From assembly GCA_013265495.1 (NCBI GenBank), contig MU057716.1, positions 44,189 to 64,188 of the forward strand: a DNA stretch of 20,000 nucleotides, given 5' to 3'. Origin of the DNA: Vicugna vicugna. Its lineage: Eukaryota. The notes under the pieces are model-generated. The model searched no databases. It worked only from the letters and a program-made list of their open reading frames with translations, and had not been told where the DNA came from. Shown here in pieces: positions 1-10,700 of this stretch; positions within the stretch are counted from its first letter, which is position 1; each line of letters begins with the position of its first letter. Position numbers and translations under genes: made by a program.

Positions 1-389
1 GCTTAATTAATCTCTGACATTTTTGGTAAATGAGTAGACGATTTTGTTTTCCAATCTGTGGGCATGAGGACTCACACCTGGACCATGAACAGTAAACCAT
101 AAATTCGGAAAATAATACAGGAAGGCAGGGCACTGGGGAAGAGAAAGACTAAGAATAGAGATGTTTCTCAACAGAATTCTACATTTTTTGAATTTTTTAC
201 AATAAGAATGTTTTTACGTGTAACTTCTGAAATTTTATTCTGTAAAGGATCATCTACAGTCATATTATCTGTGGCCTGCCTGCCTGTCCAGGTAGTGACC
301 CACGTTCTCTGTTTAGTCACTTCACTCGGTCATTCCACACACTTGAGGCTTAAGGGCAACCATCCCCAGAGGCTTCAAAGAGCACCCGC

Positions 390-630
390 AATAAGCAAGC
401 GTTTACGGAGCGCAGACGACGCGCCAGGCACTGTCTCAAGAACTTTATCAGAACTGTTCCATTTAATCCTCACCCACGTATGTCAGTGCTAGGATACAGC
501 CAGTCCCCAAATGAGGAAACCAGGCACAGAGAGATTAAGGAAATTGCCAAGACTAGTCAGCCGACAAGGATGCAGCTGGAATTCAAACTCAAGCAATCTG
601 GCTTCAAGCTGCACCCCTAATCACTACGCT
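390..630 (-). mobile_element. MIR SINE
   Basis: gccaggcactgt..catttaatcctcac..aaatgaggaaaccaggcacagagagattaagg..ggaattcaaactcaagcaatctggcttc matches the reverse-oriented MIR consensus. Confidence 0.8.
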
Positions 631-879
631 AGCTCTCCTCCCTAAAAATGAAGACACTTCCCAATCTCACGGGGCTTACCACCTAGTTGGGAAGAGATGA
701 ACAATGCTATGTGCTAAACAGTACACATGAAGAAAAAAAGGAAGAAAACGTGACTGAGCGTGGTTGGGAGACGTGGGGAGGTTTCCCAGTGGAAGCCCCC
801 AGGGAAGGCTCACCGGGGAGCTAAGGGAGGGGCAGGACGGACACCTGCTGACACCTGCCTCTAACCAGGCACCTGCTGA

Positions 880-1040
880 GTGAGTGACACATCATCTCAC
901 TCTACCCCCTTAACAGCCCCATGACACACGTGGTGTGGGCCCCGCTTTACTCATCAAGAGACTGACACCCAAAAAGTAAAACAACTCGCCTAAAATAGGA
1001 CAGTTAGCAGGTGCCAGAGCCAAGACATCAACCCAGAAAA
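880..1040 (-). mobile_element. MIR SINE fragment
   Basis: Degenerate MIR core: atcatctcactcta..cccgctttactcatcaagagactgacacccaaaaagtaaaacaactcgcctaaa. Confidence 0.6.
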
Positions 1041-1063
1041 TGCTCTTTCCAGTCCCCACCCGC

Positions 1064-1094
<31 letters not shown>
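1064..1094. repeat. (CA)n microsatellite
   Basis: Direct read of a CA run with one interruption. Confidence 0.95.
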
Positions 1095-1174
1095 GAGGAG
1101 GAGAAAAGAGAGAAATCATATGTATAGACAATACACAGACATACGTTAAAACATCCTGAACACAAGCAAAATGG

Positions 1175-1287
1175 AGGAAGGGGGTTAACCGCATGGTGAT
1201 GGAGGGTAATTAGACTCGTGGTGAGGATCACTCTGTGGTGTATACAGATGTCAAATTATATACCTGAAACTTAAATAAAATTTAAAA
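1175..1287 (+). mobile_element. Short old L1 3'-end fragment
   Basis: atggtgatggagggtaattagactcgtggtgaggatcactctgtggtgtatacagatgtcaaattat..acctgaaact followed by an A-rich tail; resembles L1M 3' termini. Confidence 0.65.
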
Positions 1288-1679
1288 TTCTGGCACAATA
1301 AATCACCATGTTCTCAAAAAGACCAAAGCCATGCAACTACAGAATAGACTCTCTTGTAAGATGAACGTCATGAACGTCTATCCCCGGAAACGTCTGTACA
1401 GATGCTGACATCTGTCCGCTGGTCATGGAAGGTCGAAGGTGAAAATACAGACTGCTGGACCTCCAGGGACCCTAAATCTAGACATGACACTGTTCTATCA
1501 AGTAACCCGGGTTTCCCTGGTACACAGGTCCTCTGAGAAGTTACACGTGGCCACAAAATGAAGTGCTGCTTGCGACAGGCTTTGTCTCCGTGGCTGCACG
1601 GTCAGTTCTCTTGGAAGACAAAGATGGAGTCTCATCCTCTTTGTCATCCTGGTCAAGGGCCTCATTCTTCCCAGGGTCA

Positions 1680-2305
1680 CCCAAAACCTGTAAGAGACAA
1701 CTCTATGACCATCTCTCTTGCTCTCATCTTACTGTATCTCTCAGCAGCACAGACACTTCCTCTCTAAAGCACCGTTTTATTTTGGTTTTCCAGCTTTTCA
1801 CCTGCAGTGCTGGCTCTTCCTTCTGCAGTGCTGGCTCTTCCTTCTCCGTCTCTTTTGCTGATTCCTCCTCCTCTTCCCAACCTCTGTGTTGGTGTGGCCT
1901 ACGATGCAGTTCTGGGACATCTACTCCTGGTTCCATACTCTCTCCTGAGATCAGCTGGTCCAGTTTCTGGTCTTCAAACAGCGTCTGTATGCAAATTATG
2001 CCCAAATTTATATCTGTAGCGCTGACTTATCTGGTCTTAGTGTTTTGATGCCAAATAAACATCTGAAACGAACTACGCTGAAATCAAACTGTTCTTTCCC
2101 ATCTCAGGAGATTGCTCGAGACAAATACCTCTTTCCTTCATCACGACATCTACTTCCACCAATATATCCTATAGTTTCTCTCTCCAAAATGTATTTCATT
2201 ATCAACCACTTCTATTTCCACTATTTCCACTCGAATCCACTTACCTGAAATAGCCCGAGGTGTCTTCCCACTCCCATTGTCGCCACCACGGTCATTCCTC
2301 TAGCT
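1680..2305 (+). mobile_element. LINE-2 fragment (5' part of the element split by the retrocopy)
   Basis: Degenerate L2 motifs such as ccatactctctcc..atgcaaattatgcccaaatttatatctg and aaacatctgaaacgaactacgctgaaatcaaact. Boundaries approximate. Confidence 0.7.
1802..1843. repeat. Perfect 21-bp tandem duplication inside L2
   Basis: ctgcagtgctggctcttcctt x2. Confidence 0.95.
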
Positions 2306-2319
2306 AGAATGATTTTTTT

Positions 2320-3422
2320 AAGCAGTTAGGCCATTTATTGGCATTACCAGAGCATTCCTTTCAACAAGGGAGGGGACTCTGAACACTAAAACCTCACCTA
2401 TTTTGTGAAAACTTGAGACTAAACTCTCCATCATCTGTACACAGCTTAATCACGAACGGGAGCAAGAATTTCAGTTAAATAAATTGAGCCGAACTGCCCT
2501 GCTACAAGATGATGAAAGGAAAGCTGGGTGCCCCCGAAAAGTTCTTGCTTTCACACTATGGTATTTCAGGTGCAGGAATCCAACAACTCCCCAGCGCAGC
2601 AAGAAGTGCTTCCCGCTGCATCTTAAAGCAGTCATTCCATGGTCAAGCGTCCAAAGGCTAAGACAGTTTCGTGGGAAATGGGCACGGCCTTCGGCTCCGT
2701 GCGCGGCCCGCAGCTGAGAAGCCAGGTTCTTAAGACCTGAAGGCTGGCTGCCACGCTCTCGGGGAGGGCGCCTCCACAGAGTCTCCGGCTTCAGGTCTCA
2801 GCCGCCCCGTCTACCAACTGCAGTCCTGGCGAGGGAAGACCCGCCAGGCTTCCACACTGAAGTCACCAGGCTCCTCACTGCCCTCCAGGACGTGCCGCTT
2901 GATCTCGGACGGGTCACTCCAGGTGACCAACCCCCCAAGCTGCGCGTGACGAGGAAGGCGGGGTCGGCGGCCGCGTCCGGGCCCCCGCGCACGTGGCCCT
3001 CGTCCACGAAAGCCACGGCGACCGGGAGGTGCGGCGCCACGCGCAGCTCCGGGAGCCCGGCGGTCGGGCGGCGGCGGCGAGGACGAGGCCGAGACGAAGT
3101 GGCAGAGCTTCCGCTACCCGCGCGCGGGCCCTGGGCCGGCAGCGCGGGACTGGTCCGGCAGCAGAGCCGACAGCACGGGACTGGTCCGGCAGCGCGGCCC
3201 GGACGCCGCAGTGCCCGTCTTTCCCCCCAGGTCCGCGCAGGCGCCGCGGAGCCCGTCTCGCCCGGCAGGTCCGCGCAGGCGCCGTGGAGCTGTCTCGCCC
3301 ACCAGGTCCGCGCAGGCGCCGCACCAGCTCACGCAGCGCATGGCTCGGCCCAGCGTGGTGCACGCGGTCCTCGCGCAGCCGCAGCACATGCACCTCGCAC
3401 AAGTCGTGGTCAGTGACCTCCC
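2320..3422 (-). pseudogene. 5'-truncated processed pseudogene (retrocopy) of an unidentified GC-rich mRNA
   Basis: Minus strand shows a GC3-biased coding-like remnant ([98 protein letters not shown]) broken by frameshifts and a stop. A 3'UTR-like AT-richer tail follows, with AATAAA at 2339-2334 and a short A tract. Flanking 14-bp TSD: agaatgattttttt (2306-2319) / agaattattttctt (3423-3436), at a TT|AAGAAAA L1-endonuclease-type site. Confidence 0.8.
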
Positions 3423-3436
3423 AGAATTATTTTCTT

Positions 3437-3903
3437 AACTATTCTTCTGACTACACGTAGAATAAAATCCAAACTCCTCAGCAGGCCTTACGAGAACCTC
3501 ATAGCCCAGTCCCTGCCTGCCTCTCCCTCCCTGTCTTGCTTTCTCCCTTCCTTGCTCGCTAGGCTCTGGCTACAAGGGGTCCTTCCAGAGCCTTGAACTT
3601 GCCAAATTTGCTGCTGCCTCAGGCCCTTTGCCCTTGCTGTTTCCAATGCTTGGGATGCTCTTCTCCCTCCCTAGCTGATTCCATATCCTTAAAGAGGCTT
3701 TTTCTCATTCCTCACCCATCACTCTCAACTACATTCATCCTATTTTATTTTCTCTATAGATTCTGTGTTAATTTGATTATTGTCCTTATTCCCACTGGAG
3801 AGTAAGCTTTAAGAAAATTAGGACTTCATCCAACATTTTCACAGTATCTGAGTACCCAGAATGATGCCTGGCCCAAATAGATATTTGTTAAAGAAATGAA
3901 TAA
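3437..3903 (+). mobile_element. LINE-2 3' end (continuation after the retrocopy)
   Basis: agaataaaatccaaactcct, cctcaggccctttgcccttgctgtttcc, and the terminal gcctggcccaaatagatatttgttaaagaaatgaat typical of L2 3' ends. Confidence 0.8.
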
Positions 3904-5803
3904 AAGTATCAAAGAGAGATTTGGGGTTAACTGAAAGGGTTTGGTTAAGTGATGATTTCATGTCACAGTTGGAGTCACAGAGGTTAAAAAACATTGATCT
4001 CTGTTATAAACAAGTTCCCCTAACAAGTGTACATCAGGTCTGGGACAGGGAGAGTGGTGCTGGCAGAGACTGCAACTAGTGCCTCTCAGGCTCAACTCCT
4101 TTTGTTTTGCATTCTCAATTTCTCAATGTAGGAAACACAGTTTAAATGATGAATTGGCCTGTTTCTTCCAGAACCCCACAGTGTACTGGCATGAAACAAA
4201 GAGATACCAAGGCAGAAAGCCTGCTAATGGTGCCAGTTCAGACCAAGGCAGGAATTAACCCATTTATACCATCAGATATGTCTCCTTCCTCTAGGAAACC
4301 ACCCAAAGTAATGTTATGAGACACTTCGGATATCATATGAAAAATGCCCATGAGGACATTCTCTGCAGTCCCTGATGAGCTTGTAGTGCCATAGCAAGTG
4401 CCACCTCCGTTTTCAGGAATGTCCATTATTTTTAGATATTAAAGCAAATCTCATAAGGGGAATTAAGGATTACAGGGTATCAATGTAAAGAGAAAATAAT
4501 CATTCTCAATCGTGACTGCATTATGTGAAAAAATGACTTCCTTTCATTGGATTTGAGTTTAAACTGTAATACTGAGGTTGGCTTCTCCAAGTTGTCTCAG
4601 GTAACTTATTTGTAGTCATGATGTGGAAAAACACGATTTGCCATCAGTAGCCTATTATTTCTACACTGCTCAGTGATTTGTGACCTGAATAAATAGGCCC
4701 GGTGGTTTAACAGGGTAAGAAGGCTGCTAAGACATGTGGAGGCAAAGATAAAACCTCGTGTCCATTCTCTCCAAGAAGGTGAACTTGATTCAGTGGACAT
4801 GCAAGTCATGACACTTCCAAAAGCCTGGCCATCCACCTGGAACCCTTCCACACGGAGCCTTCTTCCAAGGGACATCCGGGGGATGTGATGGCACTGGCTG
4901 AAATAAGGTGATCCAAGAGGGAAAATCATTTTTGTTGTTATAGGCTTCTGAAGTCCTTAGGAAAACGTATTTCAAGACAGAATTATCTGGATAATTTTTC
5001 CTCATTTTCCCATTTCCCTTTGCAGGTGTAATCACAGCCGAATATTTCATTGCCAACTCCCCTGTGACTGGCACAGCCATGAATGGATTTCTTCCCTGTT
5101 GGTAGGGTGCCACATTGCCTGATGAGGCCTTAAAAGAGTCTTCGAGAAAAGGTGCCAGAATGGTGTGAAATACCACACCTCTGGAGAAGAAAGGCTAGAG
5201 ATCTCTGGGTTGCTGACAACTTGCCAGCCATCAAAATTATTTTAAAACACCTGATTTTCTTTTGCTGTTGTTCTTTAAACTCCAAGCCCTTTGGCCAGTC
5301 CCCTGATGTCGGTATCTACATCCTTCGTTGGCTTTTGTTCCTCTAACAAATAACATGAAGATGTGATGCACTGAGGAGATTAAATTGAGTGTGTGCGTGT
5401 GTGTGCACTTGCATGTGAAAAGGAGAGCATCTGTTTTCCCAGGGTGTGTCAAAGATGCATGGTTCTTAATGACTTCTGCCCGGATTTACTCATAATCAAA
5501 GGTTTAAATGTCTCATGCTCCAAACATCTGAGCCATACTAAATTAATGGAAGAGAATGGTAATTGTTCACTTGGGGAACAAAACAGAATGCCACATTAAG
5601 AAATCATTGGAAACTCTGTTTTCCTAACACTGTCCTACTCTAAAATTTGGAGAAATATGGTCACAGGAATTCAAACTACATTCCCAAACTAAAGGCATTT
5701 TTGCCTCCTCGTCTAAACAAAGTCCTCCATAACAGGGTCTGTGTAGTATCTCTGGGTCCTAACTGAATGCCCTACAAACAGAAGGGGCTGAATACATGTT
5801 TTT

Positions 5804-5853
5804 TGATGATGATGATGATGATGGTGATGATAATGGTGATGATGATGATAATG
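5804..5853. repeat. (GAT)n imperfect trinucleotide microsatellite
   Basis: Direct read. It explains the poly-Met ORF at 5767-6075. Confidence 0.95.
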
Positions 5854-5910
5854 AACCAACTCCCGTTAATTCTTACCACGAGTAATAGTCCATATATTTA
5901 TTCCTTAGAC

Positions 5911-6216
5911 CCATGCTTCTCAAAACATGTTCCACAAAAATGTACCTGTCTTGCAATATTGGTGATTGTTCTATTAAAAATGGAGGGAGAGGAAAGCCTT
6001 CTTAGTTCAATTAAGATTGCAAAACTTGAGTTGTACAAAGTTAAAGATATTTTTTTGCCACAGAATTTCTTTTAAAACTTTGTACCATTTTTGTGCATTG
6101 TGAAACTCTGAGAGAGGGTTAAAGTTTACGACATTTTCCAAAATTGTTTAAAAAGGAAAACTTAAGAAACCTTTAAGGGCACCAGTGACTTTCAGAACGA
6201 AGTTTGAGAAATGCTA
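5911..6216. mobile_element. hAT-Charlie type non-autonomous DNA transposon (MITE)
   Basis: Degenerate TIRs ccatgcttctcaaaac / gtttgagaaatgcta, flanked by an 8-bp TSD ccttagac (5903-5910) / cattagac (6217-6224). Confidence 0.75.
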
Positions 6217-6289
6217 CATTAGACAAATGTTAAATGAGTACCCATTGTATGCAAGAGGAGTGTCCATGGAAACACATCCTTTCTGTCAG

Positions 6290-6425
6290 GCTTGGCTGTT
6301 GTTGTTTTGTAATCTGTTAACAGATGATGGTAACACCCACTGCACAGGGCTGTCATGAGAATGAAATGAAATCAAATCTACAATACGTCAAGCCTAGCAC
6401 AAAGCAGGCACAGAATATATGCGCC
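6290..6425 (+). mobile_element. MIR SINE 3' part
   Basis: atctgttaacagatgatggtaacac..cacagggctgtcatgagaatgaaatga..cctagcacaaagcaggcacaga. Confidence 0.7.
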
Positions 6426-6967
6426 GTCTCTGCCTCCATAGACAGTACTTGGGGGCGGGGGCGGGGGGAGGGCGGATAGGGGGCGGTGGTGATGAAATTC
6501 GCCTGAATTTAACTAGACCTCAACACACCTTTGAGGTGTGTACATGTGAGGACAGAATTGCAGCATGTGACTCATTCTCTGGTTCAGGGAATTCTGGCTA
6601 GTCAGGCTGGCCATTTCCCACTTCAAACTGAGATCCTCACGTCCTTCACCTGATAAACCCCAACCGCCATTGCCTTGGTTAATTAGAACCATGATCACTC
6701 ACACAATCACACACACTTGCAGGGACACGAGCGTTCAAGCCTAAACTAAGGACAAGTGCTTCAAATTGCAAGGATCTTGGCCTAAAGAAATACATTATTT
6801 AGGGCAATGGAAGTCTGAACGGTGCACCAGAACTGCATTTAGTTTCTAATCTGTGTTAGCAACACTGCACGGCAAAGTAACCAAAATAAATATTTAAATA
6901 AAATGGAAGTAACACAAAGCATTGCAAAAATGAGCCTTTTGTGACTTGAAATTCATCTGTGATACAC

Positions 6968-6986
6968 TGGCGCCCTCTGCTGGCTA
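6968..6986 (-). promoter_or_regulatory. CTCF core binding motif
   Basis: Minus strand reads TAGCCAGCAGAGGGCGCCA, close to the consensus CTCF core. It is a lone GC-rich motif with a retained CpG in AT-rich unique DNA. Confidence 0.7.
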
Positions 6987-7317
6987 GATTTTTCCAACAG
7001 CTCAGATTGTTCAGTACTGCTTTTTCTTTAAGACGTGTTCAATTTTGGTTCAAAGTTTTACACAGATTAGTAAAAAGTATTAGCAGAATGGTACTTATTA
7101 TAGAATCACAATGCATAGAATTATTTAAAATTATTATCTCAACATTTCAATCCCCACCTCAAGATGTGTCTTGGTCAAAAACAGATTTCCTATTAAGCTG
7201 TAACACATGGAGTATATGTATTGCTCTGTAACTTGCACCCTGGTGGCCTATCATATAGGTTTCAATTTTTATTAATTACAGGTATAATTTTTACCTCATT
7301 TTATGTGGCCTATTGCT

Positions 7318-7467
7318 TAGGGCTGCCAAATTTTACAAATAAAAATATGTTCCATGTACCTGCATGACACATACTAAAAAACACTAAATTATTGAGTAAA
7401 AAAGAATTAATTGTTTAACTGAAATTCAAATTTAATTGGGTTGCCTGTATCTTATCTGGAGACCTTA
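7318..7467. mobile_element. MER53-like palindromic hAT MITE (internally deleted)
   Basis: Ends tagggctgccaaatt / tatctggagacctta, and internal ttgtttaactgaaattcaaatttaattggg resembling the MER53 consensus. Confidence 0.7.
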
Positions 7468-7872
7468 CCTATTTTCATGTGTGCTCTGAATTTTATAATT
7501 GAAATTGTTTTCTCTTGTGATATTCAGTGCTTATCGTACCATAATAATAAAAGCAAAACATCTCTCTCTCTGTCTTTTATTTCTTCCCTCACATTTTCTG
7601 AGACACTGAACAGGTTTCAACATATCAAAGCTTAAAGCAAAAGACTGAATTAGCAGGGTCAGCTAGGCATGAGATTGAAAACATTTGTTCTTTAAAAAAA
7701 AAAAGTTATTTAACTAATGAATGGACTGAATGAGAGAAATCCTGAATTCTTAGTCTTCTTTTATGTAGCAAGAAAAAATACTATATAAAACATATAAAAT
7801 GTTTTGTTTTGCTTTGTCTTCAGAATAGGAAATTTGAAAATAAGGGCACCTAGATGCAACATGATTCTAAGG

Positions 7873-8192
7873 CAGGGAATCTCAAGCCTGCAGAGCAGAA
7901 ACACCTGTGGAAGCTTTAAAACTCAAGGATACCTGGGCCTTGCCTGCAGACCAATTAAATCAGAGGCTGGGATCCCTAGGAACCATATGGTTTCAAAGCA
8001 GCCCAGGCAATTTTAATATGCAGCCACGGTGGCAAACCACTTCTCCTAGGGCCATCAAGTCGCTTCAGAGGGTGTTTATTACCTTTGATTTGCATGCGAA
8101 TCAATGCAGATTGATTTAGTAGAATCTGGACTTTCTAGTTTCCAGCTGATGTAGTTGCTGCCTGGCCAAGGACCACACTTTGAGGAGCAAGA
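7873..8192. mobile_element. MER5A-like MITE (7873-8042) followed by a MER5-family fragment
   Basis: cagggaatctcaag..agaccaattaaatcaga..ccaggcaattttaatatgcagcca..aaaccact, then gctgatgtagttgctgcctggccaaggaccacactttgag. Confidence 0.7.
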
Positions 8193-9279
8193 TTTTAAGA
8201 AAGGCCACAAAAGAAAAGGCAAGTTGTTTCAATAAGGAATTACAGAAATGCCTGTGTGAACTGAAAATGCAGATAACTTACAACCACATTACTGTAATGG
8301 TAACTGCCCTAGAAATGAAGGAGGGAGGGAAGGTGAGAGAAAAACTTACCTTAATAGTTCCACATTGGGTTACTGCATCATCTTTAGTCATCTTCCTGTT
8401 TTCTGTCACAGTATCTCTTACTGGCAAAAAGGAGTTAATATTTGCTCCCAGGCTACTTTTGCAGAAATAGTATGAGAATTTGCATTAGCTCATTTTATAT
8501 GCAGCATCGCAAATATGCAGTAATTTAAAGCATACAAGTTTATATCATATTAGAATTTAGTTCATAGTTCACTTCCATCAGACCTTTTTTAACCATTTTA
8601 GCCTGTTGGAGCTTAAAGCAATATGCAGATTGTACAACCGTGTGAAGCTGATCAAATCAACCCTTGAAAGTAATTGGTAAAGCTCCTCATGTGCTTTTGA
8701 AAAATTAATCAAGACAGGTTTGGTGAACCTTGCTGAGAAAGTCTCTTTAGGACACATGACTTGGTTCCCACCGTATTGTCAAAGGAAAACCAGCTGCAAA
8801 TCCCAAGGTGACCCATTTACCTCTCTTGGGTGGAGCATAATGACTTCTTAAACACTGCAAATAATTCTGCTGGTTTAGAAATCAATTTGGAGAATACAAT
8901 TAAATGAAACTATTTGATCCTTCAGGTTTGAAAACCATCCATTTGACTCGCACAGTAACACTTTAATATGGAAACAGCCACCCTCATCTTCTAATGCCTT
9001 CAAACAATGTTCTAGGGGGATATGCTGTAGAAAGCAGTGCATACAGTGTTGCCTTTAAATCTCTCCAGGATTAGTCATGAGAATTGGTATTAAAATATTT
9101 CTTCCTCAAGCACTTATATTTTGCCTTTGACAGTGCCTTTATAAGGTCTTCTGCAGGATTCAGTAGGGAAGGCAGAGGCATTACAAATGGTGCCTCCAGT
9201 TTCACTGGACAACCAGTCTCCCCCACCCACCGCCTTCAAAGTTGCAGGGCCTGCTTGGAGCACAGGTATGGTCAGTGAT

Positions 9280-9810
9280 GTTTTCAGCTCTCATTTCTTC
9301 AGATAAATGCCCAGAAATGGAATTTCTGGCTCATATGGTAGTTCTATTTTTAATTTTTACAAGAACCTCCATACTGTTTTCCAAAGTGACTGCAGCAATT
9401 TCCATTCCCACCAATGGTGCACCACGTTTCCTTTTTCTCCACACTCACCAACACTATTCTTGTCTTTTTTGTAATAGTCATTCTAACAGGTGTGAGGTGG
9501 TAATTTCTCTGTGGATTTGATTTGCATTTCCCTGGTGATTAGTGATGCTGAGCATCTTTTCATGTAGCTGTTTGCCATCCCTATGTCTTTTTTGGAAGAA
9601 TGTCTTTTCAGATCCTCCTCCCACTTTTTTAATCAGGTTGTTTGGCAGGTTTTTTTGCTGTTGAGTTGTATGAGTTCTTGGTATATTTTGGATATTAACC
9701 CCTTATCAGATGCACGATTTTCAGATATTTTCTCCCCTTCGCTAGGTTGCCTTTCACTTTGTTAATGGCTCCCTTTGCTGGCAGAAGCTCTCTAGTTTGA
9801 CGTATAACAC
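9280..9810 (-). mobile_element. Old L1 (L1M-type) ORF2 3' fragment, antisense
   Basis: gttttccaaagtgactgca..cattctaacaggtgtgaggtg..ttgatttgcatttccctg..gatattaaccccttatcagat: canonical antisense L1 ORF2 end. Confidence 0.9.
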
Positions 9811-9839
9811 ATTTTTGACCTCTGTAAAATTCTCAGGTG

Positions 9840-10330
9840 AAAACAGTAGGTCATAGTTTACACACTTCGTATTATGAGCAAGGTCACAAGTCAGGCTTTC
9901 AAAGGCACCTGTTTGTATTTTCTGTTCACATTATTTGCTCATTTTTCTTTTATTTTTTATACAGATGTAAAAAAGTCATCACTTCATTATGAATAACATC
10001 GTCTTTCATGATACAGTGTTGAAAAGTTATCTTTTATTTAACTTTTGAAGATTAAAAATGCTGTTAGGTGTATCAATATCATCTTTTATGATTTTGTAAT
10101 TTTCATGTTACTTTAGGCTATCCCATTCTAAGATTATTTTTAAAAATTCTCCCATGCACTGGTACTTTTACGGCTTTTTCTATTAACATCTTTTATATCT
10201 CTGAGATTAACTTTGGTATAGAAATGAGTTAGGGATTCAGCTTAATTTTCCCCAGATGTCTCCAGTTTTCTCCAAATCAATTACAGACTATTGTGTTCTT
10301 TCCCACTGTTTCCCTTTTTCATTTGACACT
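9840..10330 (-). mobile_element. Highly degraded older L1 fragment, antisense
   Basis: T-rich degenerate L1-like motifs (tttgctcatttttct, ctttggtatagaaatgagttagggattcagcttaattttcccc). Boundaries approximate. Confidence 0.5.
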
Positions 10331-10399
10331 CAGCCACAGAGCTCCTCCTCTCCCTGGGAATTGGGTACCAGTTTCCTTGGGAACCAGGTACATTGTTCC

Positions 10400-10700
10400 A
10401 CACTGTCCCCGCTCCCTTCTAAGGCCTTCACACAAAGGGTCTCCTCTTGTCTGGAAGCCTCCTTCTCTACCCCCCTTGACTTGCTGACTCCTCCTTATAC
10501 TCAAGCCTCAGTTTAAATGTCACTTCCTCTAGGTTGGGTGTGAAATTACATGTCCCCAAATCACCCGCACTTCTTCCTCTTTGGTGCAATTATAGCCACA
10601 ATAAAGCTCCAGTGCTTGATGGTCATTTCAGTATCCCTAGTGACCGCATCAGTACGTGACAGATAGTATGTGCTTAATAAATACGTATTGAGTTAATGCA
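10400..10700 (+). mobile_element. LINE-2 3' end
   Basis: ctcagtttaaatgtcacttcctc..gtatccctagtgacc..gacagatagtatgtgcttaataaatacgtattga. Confidence 0.75.

Noticed and set aside
1563..2048. 161-aa Ser-rich ORF and the opposite Glu-rich ORF
   Set aside because: They lie over a degenerate L2 and a 21-bp duplication, with no coding signature.
3145..3321. CRISPR-like repeat/spacer pattern
   Set aside because: The intervening segments resemble each other (tandem repeat), the context is eukaryotic, and there are no cas genes.
2892..3460. Plus-strand ORFs of 174, 155 and 75 aa
   Set aside because: They are antisense shadows of the GC-rich retrocopy; stops are rare at this GC content and the products are low complexity.
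5767..6075. Poly-Met 102-aa ORF
   Set aside because: It is produced by the (GAT)n microsatellite and the adjacent MITE.
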